A DNA stretch of 64,000 nucleotides from a virus: the IMG/VR virus record IMGVR_UViG_3300045988_171220, positions 1 through 64,000 of that record, one strand, 5' to 3'. The position numbers were made by a program, and so were the translations under genes. The stretch's first letter is position 1. Each line of letters opens with the position of its first letter. Positions 15,936-25,872 of the stretch are shown here, piece after piece. The notes beneath the pieces are model-generated. The model saw only the letters and a program-made list of their open reading frames with translations. It was not told the DNA's origin and made no database searches.

Positions 15936-18474
15936 ATTCTCCTGTTTCTATATGACAATAAACCAGTTCTTCTTTTGCTCTTGTAATAGCGACAAATTTT
16001 AAACATTCTTCTGCATACAGAGCTTTAGGTGTCTTTGCAAATTTAGAAGGAATGAGTTCAGGATTTAAAAAGAAAACACGTTTTGCTTCCAATCCTTTGC
16101 TTTTATGTATGGTAGAAAGAATGATGCCGGTTTTGTCGTCAGAGAAAATGTTTTTGATCTTTTGCTTCAAAGCTAAAAAAGAACCGGGGAAACGCTTATA
16201 CAAGATTTCAATGATAGAAACTTTTTCTTTCAAAGCTACATAAGAAGCGTTGTTGGTAATAGCGATTTCAGACAAACCTTTTTCTTTTAATTTAGAGACT
16301 TTATCTTCTAATAAGAGGTATAGATCGTCCAAGCGTTCCTGTCCGTCTAAAAGTCGGCAAAGACTTTCTCCAAAGTCCCGTCCCATGATGGATGCTTTCT
16401 TTCCTTTTTCCAATAGCATAATAAAAGTAGCAACTAATGGATAATTATTCCGACAAAGAATAAAATCTCCGCTTTCGGCTTCAAAAATATCACCACTTCT
16501 TATGACACCTTCTATTGCTGTAGGAATACATTCAGTACCGGGGAATACTTCGTTTGCTTTCTCGACTATTTTCTTTGCGCACCGGTAAGTAACAGAAAGA
16601 GGAAGACAAACAGTATTGGGCATTCCTTTTATGGAAGTAAATACATCCAAATCGGAACCCATGAAATTATAAATAAGCTGTTTTGAATCTCCTACAGCTA
16701 TAAACCTACCTCTTGGTTTGATGTATCTTTGTAAAATTTCCTTTTGAAGTGTAAACGAATCTTGGCAATTGTGCGCAACTATTCCACTGTTTTCATTTTT
16801 ACTTTTATTATTGGTAAAGTTTTTAGAAGTAACAATGAAGTTATGATTGTCTTTCACTTCTATGTCAAATACTTCTTTTGAATCACCTTCTTTTGTTATC
16901 TTAGTCACACAAGTGTGACCTTCTTTTGGAATAGAAAAATCCCATTCATAAGAGCCTATAAGATGTTTGTATTCTTTAGGAATTTTATAATCCATAGAAG
17001 GATGAGTATAACAAGCAATGTTCTCAAAAAATGTTTTTGTAGAACTTCTACTTACTCTTATAAACCAATAAACTCTACCTGTTAAAGATGATTTGGACTT
17101 AATTATGGCATTTTCAATTCCCATAGCTTTCATTCTATTGGACATGACAGTTATTAATTCCTTTGACGGAGCACAACTGTATATACGGACATCACTCTTG
17201 TTTATTAAACTTCCATCATCCATATACAAAATAGCCAATTGCTTGAAAGACATACTTTTTAATATACTCTCTTTATTAACTTCCTCTGGATAAAAACAAA
17301 GTCCTTGCGTCTGGAACCTGTATGCTATTTTTTTGGAAAATCCATTATTCGGAATTATATCAACATAATCTTCTCTTCCAAGTAAACAGGCTTTCCAAAA
17401 CAAATATTCTAATTGCTTTTCGCCATGTATAAAGCTGCATCTATAGGTATTCAAAGAAATTTTCTTTAAACTTCCATCACCTATGCTACTTATTAAAACG
17501 AAATCTTTTTGATCTTGATTCAAGCTATTATGATATGGTTGGTTTGTTGTGTCCGATACAAGAATTTCTCCAATATTTAACTCATCAGCCCTTTTCCATC
17601 CATTTACAGTTAGAAACAAATGATTGTATGTGCATTCTATTTTTCTTTTTCCTGCAACAACAATTTTCATCACCTCTCTAACTCCTTTTGAACTCGCATT
17701 TAAAACTTTCTTTAGTTCAAATCTTCTTTCTTTTTCGTTGTATGACTTTACAAAAACAGAATTTCCTTCATTAACCTGTTTGGTTAGATCATCTATCCTC
17801 ATTTTTCCGTTACTTGTGGCAATACAGGTATCTCCAACGAAACATTCGTCCATCATAACAACTTGATATTTAGGAAAGTTTACCTCATCCACAAAATTAT
17901 ATGGAATCCATAGCATGTCTGGAAAATCCATTTTGAAAGATTTGTTGCCTTGTATTTTAGCACAATCTTTTCTCCATCTTTCATTGATTTTATTTAGATC
18001 ACTTATCATTGATTTTTCATAATCCAAATCATATTCGATGCAAAGCGCAGAGATATTTTCTTCGTTGATTTCGCAAAGCGATAATCTGATCTTTTCCCAT
18101 AATGTTTGTAAGGAAAAATAATATCGCATTTTCTCTTTGTATTCCTTTTTCCTAAAATCAAATAATTCCATACAAAGAGAAAAACATTTGTTTTCTTCAA
18201 GCTGCATTCGGAATCGAAAATTTTTCATTAATGTACGAAGTCCCATTGAATGAAAAGTGTTGCACTCTACTGTAGTAGGTAGTTTTGTTTTTAGCTCTTC
18301 TGCAATACTTTTGTTAAAAGCCATAAACAAACAACTTGTACCTTCTTTTGTCCGATTGCATAACTCTTTGAGTGTAAATGTTTTACCGCTACCCGGTGCA
18401 GCTTCTACTACTATGTTTTTATTGGTATTTTCGTAAGCATCGAAAATAGCCAATTGATACTTGCTCCATTCCAT
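15934..18474 (-). CDS. UvrD/Rep-type SF1 DNA helicase, intein-containing
   Basis: Walker A AAPGSGKT. Motif II VMMDE|CQDS is restored after removing the intein. C-terminal VAITRAKEEL motif. Confidence 0.85.
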   Translation of the reverse strand: MEWSKYQLAIFDAYENTNKNIVVEAAPGSGKTFTLKELCNRTKEGTSCLFMAFNKSIAEELKTKLPTTVECNTFHSMGLRTLMKNFRFRMQLEENKCFSLCMELFDFRKKEYKEKMRYYFSLQTLWEKIRLSLCEINEENISALCIEYDLDYEKSMISDLNKINERWRKDCAKIQGNKSFKMDFPDMLWIPYNFVDEVNFPKYQVVMMDECFVGDTCIATSNGKMRIDDLTKQVNEGNSVFVKSYNEKERRFELKKVLNASSKGVREVMKIVVAGKRKIECTYNHLFLTVNGWKRADELNIGEILVSDTTNQPYHNSLNQDQKDFVLISSIGDGSLKKISLNTYRCSFIHGEKQLEYLFWKACLLGREDYVDIIPNNGFSKKIAYRFQTQGLCFYPEEVNKESILKSMSFKQLAILYMDDGSLINKSDVRIYSCAPSKELITVMSNRMKAMGIENAIIKSKSSLTGRVYWFIRVSRSSTKTFFENIACYTHPSMDYKIPKEYKHLIGSYEWDFSIPKEGHTCVTKITKEGDSKEVFDIEVKDNHNFIVTSKNFTNNKSKNENSGIVAHNCQDSFTLQKEILQRYIKPRGRFIAVGDSKQLIYNFMGSDLDVFTSIKGMPNTVCLPLSVTYRCAKKIVEKANEVFPGTECIPTAIEGVIRSGDIFEAESGDFILCRNNYPLVATFIMLLEKGKKASIMGRDFGESLCRLLDGQERLDDLYLLLEDKVSKLKEKGLSEIAITNNASYVALKEKVSIIEILYKRFPGSFLALKQKIKNIFSDDKTGIILSTIHKSKGLEAKRVFFLNPELIPSKFAKTPKALYAEECLKFVAITRAKEELVYCHIETGE
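16768..17844 (-). mobile_element. class 1 intein (359 aa) with LAGLIDADG homing endonuclease, in helicase motif II
   Basis: Starts CFVGDT directly after MMDE and ends VAHN followed by C(+1)QDS. Block B is CTYNH. LAGLIDADG-like motifs LISSIGDGSL and LAILYMDDGSL. Confidence 0.85.
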
Positions 18475-18571
18475 AATTCTTTTCGTTTGCTTTTATTGTT
18501 GTTAATCTTCTTTCCTTAGATAATGAAGAAACTCGAACGGTTTTCTTATTCCTTCCAGATAACGATCGTCT

Positions 18572-18850
18572 TTATCGTTGGTAAAAGCCTCTTTTTTCAA
18601 AAGAGATATTTTTATAAGCCTTTTTAAAGCTCCAATAACATATTGCTCTAAATAGGTATTCTGTTCTATACCAAATAAAGAACGGTATTACCAATAATTC
18701 CATCTGTTGTCGCAGGTGTATGCTTTCATGATTGATCGTTCTCTTTCCTATTGGCTTATACTCTTTCCTTGCAAAAATGAAAGGAAAGATGGTCATTGCC
18801 ACATATCCCTTGAAAGGGATCAGCTTATTGTAAATAATTATCTTTTTCAT
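18572..18850 (-). CDS. small membrane protein with an HExxH motif (possible metalloprotease-like)
   Basis: Sequence INHESIHLRQQMELLVIPFFIWY. Start uncertain: the ORF is open to 18931 and overlaps the RNase H gene. Confidence 0.35.
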   Translation of the reverse strand: MKKIIIYNKLIPFKGYVAMTIFPFIFARKEYKPIGKRTINHESIHLRQQMELLVIPFFIWYRTEYLFRAICYWSFKKAYKNISFEKRGFYQR

Positions 18851-19322
18851 ATTCACTGAATTTTTTGTAATCCGCCAAATAATCAGCAATAAAATTTCCG
18901 CAAACAATAGGATCATTATAATCTTTCCCATGTCCCGGAATCCATTTGACCTTTATTCTTAGTTTCGTGTGTTCCAAAACTTCCATGAAGATTTTCTCCC
19001 ACAAATCCTGATTTTCTACACGCAAGTCCTCTCTTACCCAATCTACAAATTTATACCTCAATTGATCAGCCACATACTGACTATCTATATAGAAGGTAAC
19101 GGTTGCTCTTAAATCCTTTCGAATAGCTCTTAGAGCCATCAGAACAGCTTCCGTCTCCCTTCTGCCTATAGTGGTATGAGAAAACCCTTTTCTTATGTGA
19201 TATTCTTTGTCTTTCCATTTGATGTAAACAGACGATCCACCCAATCTTTTAGGATGTTTTGCATAGCAACTTCCATCTGTCCAAACTTCAAGAACCTTTC
19301 CTTTTCTTTGCTTTTTCGCCAT
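18825..19322 (-). CDS. rnhA: ribonuclease HI
   Basis: Motifs VWTDGS, ETEAVLMAL, FYIDSQYV and GHGKDYNDPIVCGNFIADYLA are arranged as in RNase H1. Confidence 0.8.
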   Translation of the reverse strand: MAKKQRKGKVLEVWTDGSCYAKHPKRLGGSSVYIKWKDKEYHIRKGFSHTTIGRRETEAVLMALRAIRKDLRATVTFYIDSQYVADQLRYKFVDWVREDLRVENQDLWEKIFMEVLEHTKLRIKVKWIPGHGKDYNDPIVCGNFIADYLADYKKFSEYEKDNYLQ

Positions 19323-20994
19323 AACTCTTTAAAATCATTAGACTTGAATCATCCTCAAAGCCTTTGTTCAACATATCGGTTATCGACTTTTTGTTTTTCA
19401 GCATTTCCCACAAATCCTTATCTATGGTAGAAGATGAAAGCAGGTATTGAATTGTAACCGGGTTTTCTTGCCCACTTCTTTCCAATCTTCCTATTACCTG
19501 TACAAGATCACTTGGACGAGGTGGTAATTCCAAAATAGCCATATTCGAACAAACCTTTTGAAGCCCATCTACCCCTGTACCTAAGCATCCCATATTGGCA
19601 AATAAAAGTCTCTTGGAAGGATCGGAAGAAAAATCAAATAATGCCTTTTCCCTTTTCTTTCCGGTCGTCTCACCTATGACAAGCAGGCTGTTCTTGAAAA
19701 GTTTCTGAATGTCTTTCAAAATAGAAGAATGAGAACCGAATACGAGTAATTTGTCATCTTCGTTTGCTTCTAACCATTCTTCTATCCATTTTTTAATTGT
19801 TTTCACCTTTCCTTCCAAAGAAAGCTGTTTTAGAAGATTCATCTTTACCAAAAACTCCGCTCTTGCAGCTTTTTCCACCTTTTCTTCATCCTTGAAATGT
19901 TTAAAGATAAATTCCAGCAAATCTTCTTCCGCAGCCTTGTAAGCCTTCTTGTTGGTTATCTCGCATTCTATCATGTTTTCGGTTACAGGCGGAAGTTCCT
20001 TTAAGGCATCCCGCTTGCTTACATGGAAATAGCAACATTTGGTGAGAAGATCGTTCAGTTCCTTGATATTGGAAGCTCCTGTTAAGTCCATTCCAAAAAA
20101 AGTTTCTTTCATGTTGCAATATCTTTCAAAGAAATAGTGATGGTAAGGGTCATCCGGCGCAATCTCTTTCAATCTTCCTATAAGTGCAAGTATGTTCAAC
20201 AGTTCTGACGGACGGTTCATGATAAGCGTACCGGTTAACCCTATGATGGCAGAGGATTTTCCCGTCAACTTTTTGAATGTTTTACTCCGTATGGATTTCC
20301 TGTTTTTCAGAAAATGGATTTCATCGGCTATGATAAGAGAGAATGTCTTTTTCTTCATCCCGTCCAGTCTTACTTCGATAGAGGTCTTGCCGTTCTTTTC
20401 TGTTCTTCTCCCCAGAATGTCGTAATTGATCACAAGAACATCAGCATCAAAATCTTCTGCCGGTGAAGTAGTGGAAATAACAGATACCTGTCTATTTGGA
20501 TTTGCTTCTTTCCACTCTCTTAGCCAGCCGGATTTTACAGAAGCCGGACATACGACCATACAAGGAAAAAGATCAAGGATTTCTGCATAGAAAATGGACG
20601 AAAGACTTTTCCCCGTACCAACAGAGGAACCGTTTACATGGTTTCCGTGATTGATCGCGTAATATAAATAGTCCATTTGATAACTTCTCGGCTTTTTCAA
20701 GAGAGAAAGACCGTTTACCAATAGTTCTATATCCTTTCTTGATAAAAGTTCTTCAAAGGGCTTTATTTCAGCTTTGCAACCTGTACGAACGATAGAAAGA
20801 GGATCGACTTCTTCTATTTCAAAATCCGATACAAATTCTTTGAGCAGAATTTCTTTTGCGGGATCAGATTTAATATATAACTCCTTGTTGGCAGAATTTC
20901 TTTTATAAGAAGAAATAAGTTTAAGCCTAATCAGAGCTTCCTTGTCCAATCCGGCAAAATACCAATAATCTTTTTCCTTGTAGTAGTATGTCAT
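19288..20994 (-). CDS. SNF2-family helicase/translocase
   Basis: Motifs PRSYQ, GTGKS, IIADEIHFLKN (DExH) and LTGTLIMNRPSEL, plus a C-terminal helicase lobe. Confidence 0.85.
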   Translation of the reverse strand: MTYYYKEKDYWYFAGLDKEALIRLKLISSYKRNSANKELYIKSDPAKEILLKEFVSDFEIEEVDPLSIVRTGCKAEIKPFEELLSRKDIELLVNGLSLLKKPRSYQMDYLYYAINHGNHVNGSSVGTGKSLSSIFYAEILDLFPCMVVCPASVKSGWLREWKEANPNRQVSVISTTSPAEDFDADVLVINYDILGRRTEKNGKTSIEVRLDGMKKKTFSLIIADEIHFLKNRKSIRSKTFKKLTGKSSAIIGLTGTLIMNRPSELLNILALIGRLKEIAPDDPYHHYFFERYCNMKETFFGMDLTGASNIKELNDLLTKCCYFHVSKRDALKELPPVTENMIECEITNKKAYKAAEEDLLEFIFKHFKDEEKVEKAARAEFLVKMNLLKQLSLEGKVKTIKKWIEEWLEANEDDKLLVFGSHSSILKDIQKLFKNSLLVIGETTGKKREKALFDFSSDPSKRLLFANMGCLGTGVDGLQKVCSNMAILELPPRPSDLVQVIGRLERSGQENPVTIQYLLSSSTIDKDLWEMLKNKKSITDMLNKGFEDDSSLMILKSYGEKAKKRKGS

Positions 20995-21488
20995 TGATTC
21001 AATTTTATGTATTTACCTGGTAATGATAAATTTTTAAGAATATTGTCAGCTTTGTTCCCATAAGCAACGAAGCAACTATCCGTTCCTGGGCTTCCGCCTT
21101 CTTTTCCATGTTCGTCAATAAATCTGATTCTTTTCCTTAGAAAATAAATAGAAGTAGCTTTGCTCCATATAAATTCATGAAACATTGTATTCCCTACTCG
21201 TGCATAAATAAGAGCTATTCCATTACCATGTTCTGATAATTTTTTCATAAATAGCTTTATTGTAGGATTTGAATAAGGTGGATTAAGAAATACAAACCCT
21301 TTCCAATCCTGTACAAGTCCATCATCTTCTTTGGTAAAGCATTTCTTTGCAGTGTACCAGTCTTTTTTAGGAGCGCAAGGGTCAAGATCAAAATCATTTC
21401 CTAACGCTTCTAAAATGTAAGGTGGTGTGTACCATTCTACTGTTGCTGACTTACCACCTCCAAATTTTGTTTCAAAATTAGTATTCAT
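20991..21488 (-). CDS. dam: DNA N6-adenine methyltransferase (phage Dam family)
   Basis: Motifs EWYTPPYILEAL, FDLDPCA and FLNPPYS. Confidence 0.8.
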   Translation of the reverse strand: MNTNFETKFGGGKSATVEWYTPPYILEALGNDFDLDPCAPKKDWYTAKKCFTKEDDGLVQDWKGFVFLNPPYSNPTIKLFMKKLSEHGNGIALIYARVGNTMFHEFIWSKATSIYFLRKRIRFIDEHGKEGGSPGTDSCFVAYGNKADNILKNLSLPGKYIKLNQ

Positions 21489-21736
21489 TTCTTTCTATTG
21501 TCTATAAATTCAAAATAATACTTGCCATTCTTACACTTAACCTTCTTAATGATACAGAAATTCTTGATATTGACTTTTCCGTCTTTTTCCAGTTTGTCAA
21601 ATATGACTTCAAAAAGTAGGGAGATAATCTTGTCTACAGACCGCATGGAAATAAAACTTCTGGCATTTGTTCTAAACCCGGCTTTATTCAATGCTTTCAT
21701 GAAGTTGAAAGTTACCTCCCTGTAAATCTTATTCAT
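21485..21736 (-). CDS. small basic protein, possibly HU/IHF-like DNA-binding
   Basis: 83 aa. The pattern ...FEVIFDKLEKDGKVNIKNF... is reminiscent of the HU core. Weak evidence. Confidence 0.3.
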   Translation of the reverse strand: MNKIYREVTFNFMKALNKAGFRTNARSFISMRSVDKIISLLFEVIFDKLEKDGKVNIKNFCIIKKVKCKNGKYYFEFIDNRKK

Positions 21737-21824
21737 TCGTTTTATGTCAAATTAAACTACTCGAATTGATCGTCTTCATTAGGATCATAAGTTTCTTCAT
21801 CCTCGAAGTCGTTGATCCAATCTT

Positions 21825-23753
21825 CTATTTCTCTTTCCATCCCATCTTGATTTCAAATTCTTCCGGTGTCAAAATAGGAATTTTCAATTCCTTTGCTTTC
21901 TTCACTTTGGACGAAGAACTTTCTTTGTCTTTTGTTACAAGGATTGTAGTGTTTTTAGATACACCGGAAACGACTTTGTGTCCTTCTTTTACAAGACGCT
22001 CTTCCCACTGTTTGTTTCTGAATCCTGTAAAACAAACTGATTCGGGATTGTCGTTTTCCACCGTTTCCTCTTGGATAAAAGAAATAGAGATAGATAAGCC
22101 ATAACAAAAATCAAAGAATATTTTTAACCCGTTATTAAAAGCCTTTGCGGTGGTATCGGCAATGCCGTCAATGGAAAGCAAGTCTTTCATAGGGACTTCC
22201 CCATTTTCAAACAGGTAATCTATCTGATTTTTGGTGAGACTGTTGAAAATCATTTGACAAGTCTTTTCTCCTATTACGCCACCAAACACATTATAGGCAG
22301 TCAAAATCCTTGCAAAAGGAACCCCATCATCTACATAGGAATCAAATTGCTTTCGTAGCTTTTTAGAAAGACTTTTTCCTATTCCTTCGATTTTTTCAAG
22401 TTCCTTTTCTGTTGCATTTACAATGTCTTCAATAGAGAAAAGCCCACCTTTATAGAGCTTTCTTACAGTTGCTTCCTGCATTTCTTCCGTACCCAGTGTA
22501 GCAAAGAAATAGACGAGTTGCTTTACTGCTTTTTCATCACAATTCGGGTTCACACAAACAAGATCGGTTAAATTTGTATCCCATCTCAACGGTTCTCCGC
22601 AAGAAGGGCAAAACATCATACTGTCACACATTCCCTCAAAACATTCTACACTATATTTTAGTGTTTCTAAGTGCTTAGGGATAACATCTCCGCTTCTTGT
22701 AACCACTATGTAGGCATTAGGACAAATATGGTTGTCTGTAATGTATTTTGCGTTGTAACCGGTACAGCGTGTGACTGTAGCTCCATCAAACTCAACTGGT
22801 TCAAAAACGATTACAGGCTTGCTTTTGCCATCTTTTGAAATACCCCATTCAATTCCAATGACACGAGTAGTGTATCTTTCTTGCCAGTCGGGATTTTTGT
22901 AAGCAATCGCGTAACGCGGATTTCCATTAGGAAGTCTACCCAAAGCATTACGAATATTCTTGTCATCCACTTCAATCACAAGACCGTCACATTTAAAGTT
23001 TTTGGTAAGATCAAACAGTTCGTTCAAATAATCAAGAGCGGATTTTTCATCATCAAAAATAGAAGCAGAAGTCACCCAGTATTGTGTTGCATACGGTTCA
23101 TAAGTATTGTAAAGCTCTGCAAGCTGCAAAGATTTATCCCTATCTGAATCCATGATACCGTACCGGATATAGGCGGTATTCCCTAAAACCTGCGGATTCA
23201 TTTCGTCCGCATTGAAAGCTCCTGCCACAGAATTTCTTGCACTTTTGTAACCAAGTGGTTTTACATTTTTCAGAAACATACCGACAGGAATAATGGCTTC
23301 ACCAAAAGTAAAACAAGATTTTTTGCCGATAGGGCTGCCATGATTGACGTATTCGTAATGTCGGTCGCTTCTTTGTCCTTCTATCCCATCACCTCTTGTC
23401 CAGCATTCATTTGTTGTTTCGTCCACCAAAAGAGAAATACCGTCATATTTGGGCGTAATAACGATTTTGTTAGTAGGGTGAAGTTCCCATATATCTTTAG
23501 CCCATCTTCTGATTTCACTGATTGTTTTTACCTTTTCCAAAGAAAACATAGGATAAGGTAGCTTTTCCATCCGGTCACCCTTTTTATTTTCTTCAATGAT
23601 AGGCTTTGTCAGGATTTCACTATCAGGATATTCCTTTTTCAACTGATCGATCAAAAGATCATACTCCTTATCGTTCATGATAGGAGCACCTTCTCTGTAT
23701 TTTTGGTTGGCTTCTATGATTTTGCCTTCCAGTTCTTTTTGTTTCTTTGCCAT
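21825..23753 (-). CDS. ligA: NAD-dependent DNA ligase
   Basis: Adenylation motif PKYDGISL. Zn finger CPSCGEPL...CVNPNC. HhH region. C-terminal BRCT-like VCFTGFRN...ILVT. Confidence 0.9.
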   Translation of the reverse strand: MAKKQKELEGKIIEANQKYREGAPIMNDKEYDLLIDQLKKEYPDSEILTKPIIEENKKGDRMEKLPYPMFSLEKVKTISEIRRWAKDIWELHPTNKIVITPKYDGISLLVDETTNECWTRGDGIEGQRSDRHYEYVNHGSPIGKKSCFTFGEAIIPVGMFLKNVKPLGYKSARNSVAGAFNADEMNPQVLGNTAYIRYGIMDSDRDKSLQLAELYNTYEPYATQYWVTSASIFDDEKSALDYLNELFDLTKNFKCDGLVIEVDDKNIRNALGRLPNGNPRYAIAYKNPDWQERYTTRVIGIEWGISKDGKSKPVIVFEPVEFDGATVTRCTGYNAKYITDNHICPNAYIVVTRSGDVIPKHLETLKYSVECFEGMCDSMMFCPSCGEPLRWDTNLTDLVCVNPNCDEKAVKQLVYFFATLGTEEMQEATVRKLYKGGLFSIEDIVNATEKELEKIEGIGKSLSKKLRKQFDSYVDDGVPFARILTAYNVFGGVIGEKTCQMIFNSLTKNQIDYLFENGEVPMKDLLSIDGIADTTAKAFNNGLKIFFDFCYGLSISISFIQEETVENDNPESVCFTGFRNKQWEERLVKEGHKVVSGVSKNTTILVTKDKESSSSKVKKAKELKIPILTPEEFEIKMGWKEK

Positions 23754-23754
23754 C

Positions 23755-24240
23755 TCAAATTCTTTTCGTTACCTTTAGTAATATAAATAATGCAATCAGA
23801 ATAGTAAAAGCTCCTACTCCCATCCCTCCTAAAAAAGAAAGCAATCTGTTGGGAGACGCTTTTACTTCTTCTTTCAAGTTTCCGTTTTCTTCGCTCATCT
23901 TGGACAGTCTTTCTTTAAGGCTTTTTACAACCAATTCCAGACTATCGCAAGAAGCTGTTACAATAATGGTGTCACCTATTTTCTGAACAATCACGTTTGC
24001 TTGCCCCTTGCTTGTCTCCCTCTTTTCTCCATCTTCCATCTTTTTAGGATTGATAGTGAGGTTTACAATTGAATAGGGAATCTTTATAAGCGTGTCTGTC
24101 AGTTCTCTTTCCCAGAATAGGGAATCCTTTAATGTGAAGTTATAGTCTGTTCTTTGGGAAGGACGGGATTTGCACCCGCCCAAACCAATAAAACAACAAA
24201 ATAACAAACAAAAAGCAATTACTGAATTTCTTTTCATCAT
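23755..24240 (-). CDS. lipoprotein with C-terminal transmembrane anchor (u-spanin-like topology)
   Basis: N-terminal signal with lipobox-like FIGLGGC. C-terminal TM segment LLSFLGGMGVGAFTILIALFILL. Confidence 0.5.
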   Translation of the reverse strand: MMKRNSVIAFCLLFCCFIGLGGCKSRPSQRTDYNFTLKDSLFWERELTDTLIKIPYSIVNLTINPKKMEDGEKRETSKGQANVIVQKIGDTIIVTASCDSLELVVKSLKERLSKMSEENGNLKEEVKASPNRLLSFLGGMGVGAFTILIALFILLKVTKRI

Positions 24241-24446
24241 ATACTTTCCTTTATGATTGCGGATTTTAAAAATCCTGTTATCCCTATCTTTAGGGATTTC
24301 AATTTTCCGTTTCGAACAACATCCAGTTCAATGTTTCTGAAATCCCTTGCCACTCTCACTCCTTTGATTGTGGCTTCTCCTATCCCGGGAAGTTCTATTG
24401 TCTTATCTCTCAATCTGTTTAGGATACAGTTATTCTTCGAGTTCAT
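24237..24446 (-). CDS. hypothetical protein (69 aa)
   Basis: ORF overlapping its neighbours by a few nt (operon packing). Confidence 0.45.
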   Translation of the reverse strand: MNSKNNCILNRLRDKTIELPGIGEATIKGVRVARDFRNIELDVVRNGKLKSLKIGITGFLKSAIIKESI

Positions 24447-24750
24447 GCGGTTTTAGAACGCTTTTGTAAATCACGAAGTTATCATGTCCGAAACCAATAG
24501 AGACAGAATCACATTCTTTTATCCACCCCCTTATTGTTCCTTCCGAATAATTGGAAAGGTTGGCTTTCAGGATAATATCTGTAATATCCCTTCCAATTGC
24601 TTCGTTTTGGTAAAAGTCTCTTATTTTCCCATTGAAGTTGTCTAAAAGAATAGTCCTTTCCATCTTTCCGTCTGCCGACATAATAGCAAGAACAGGCTTC
24701 TTTCCTATTCGTTGCATATGACTGATAGCTATGTAAGAATTACGTTCCAT
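24430..24750 (-). CDS. hypothetical protein (106 aa)
   Basis: ORF in the operon. Confidence 0.5.
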   Translation of the reverse strand: MERNSYIAISHMQRIGKKPVLAIMSADGKMERTILLDNFNGKIRDFYQNEAIGRDITDIILKANLSNYSEGTIRGWIKECDSVSIGFGHDNFVIYKSVLKPHELEE

Positions 24751-24756
24751 GGTTAA

Positions 24757-25086
24757 TTACTTATAGTTCAACATGTTCTTAATTGCTTTCTCTTGATAGA
24801 AGCGTTTTCTATCCTCGCTTCCGTCTTTCTTTGAAAAATCGTTTGCCCTTTTCTTCAGTACCTTTGCCTTGTTTTCGGTGGACATCATCTTAAATTCTCC
24901 TATGGAAATATCGGGAACTGTTTCGTTCTTTTCTTCTTCATAAGAGACTTGCTTTCCACATACCGGACATTTGGGAAGATTTGAAGGGACAAGTTTATTG
25001 TACCGAAAGACGAACTTTGCATTTGTCATGGGAGATTTTATCCCAAACCTTTCGCAGTTTTCATTATCACAATAAATTCTTATCAT
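24757..25086 (-). CDS. zinc-ribbon protein (109 aa)
   Basis: CDNENC...CPVCGK four-Cys arrangement. Confidence 0.5.
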   Translation of the reverse strand: MIRIYCDNENCERFGIKSPMTNAKFVFRYNKLVPSNLPKCPVCGKQVSYEEEKNETVPDISIGEFKMMSTENKAKVLKKRANDFSKKDGSEDRKRFYQEKAIKNMLNYK

Positions 25087-25255
25087 TCTGAATCTGTTTG
25101 ATTTTGTCCTTCAAAAGAGAAAGTTGCTTTTCCACTTCTTCCAATCTTGAAGGGTCGTTTACATTGTTTTTAAGGTAGGAAAGATCGTGTTCAATACTTT
25201 CCAGTCTGTCCAAGAAAGACAAGACAAAAATGTTCAAATATTTACCGTTTGCCAT
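25067..25255 (-). CDS. hypothetical coiled-coil protein (62 aa)
   Basis: First ORF downstream of promoter module 4. Confidence 0.45.
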   Translation of the reverse strand: MANGKYLNIFVLSFLDRLESIEHDLSYLKNNVNDPSRLEEVEKQLSLLKDKIKQIQNDKNLL

Positions 25256-25284
25256 AATCGAAATTATTTGTTTGTTACTTATAA

Positions 25285-25355
25285 CGGACGCAAATGTAAC
25301 AGTATATTATTACATCTCCAAGCATTTTTGTACATTTTTGTCTTGAAATTGTCAG
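25285..25355 (-). promoter_or_regulatory. conserved promoter module copy 4 (minus strand)
   Basis: The minus strand reads GGAGATGTAATAATATACTGTTACATTTGCG. The TACATTTG box is at 25298-25291. The CTGACAATT element lies upstream at 25355-25347. Confidence 0.5.
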
Positions 25356-25359
25356 ATTT

Positions 25360-25872
25360 CTAAATCAGTCCTTTCCGTCTTGCGTATTCGGCAATCAGAA
25401 TACCATCCCTATCCGGGTGTTTTAGAAGCACTTCCGGGAACAGCCTTTTCCCTATATCCAAAGAAGCCTTTTTAAGCTCTGGTGCGCCTGTAATTCCCTT
25501 TGGTAGTAGCTCTCTTTGCCATTCCTTGGAATCCACAAAAATGTATGGCACTTGATAAAGCTCCAATACGGTCAATTCCGCTTCCAATGCACGCATGGCG
25601 GAACAGGTAGCTTCAAACCGTGCAGGGTTTTTCATAGGACGTTCTACGATCGCAACGCATGGTGCGTGTTCCTGTAAATCTGCAATGATCTCTGCCAGTA
25701 CCTTTACATCCACACGAGAGATGTTTTTCTTTGTTTTTGTGTAATCCTGACCGGAAATAACAGGCGTTTTTACCATGTTGTAGTAGGTAAGGTCTTTCCC
25801 TACTATTCCAATCGAGCCGGTCACACCGTTGTCTATCCCAATGTAAAATTTCAATTCTGTTTCTTTGCTCAT
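25360..25872 (-). CDS. RuvC-like Holliday junction resolvase
   Basis: N-terminal YIGIDNGVTGSIG (RNase H-fold first Asp), VERP (Glu) and C-terminal PDRDGILIAEYA acidic residues. ATGA overlap with the upstream gene. Confidence 0.6.
   Translation of the reverse strand: MSKETELKFYIGIDNGVTGSIGIVGKDLTYYNMVKTPVISGQDYTKTKKNISRVDVKVLAEIIADLQEHAPCVAIVERPMKNPARFEATCSAMRALEAELTVLELYQVPYIFVDSKEWQRELLPKGITGAPELKKASLDIGKRLFPEVLLKHPDRDGILIAEYARRKGLI

Noticed and set aside
21760-21840. 27-codon acidic mini-ORF (MEREIEDWINDFEDEETYDPNEDDQFE) overlapping the ligase stop
   Set aside because: Too short to support without expression or conservation data.
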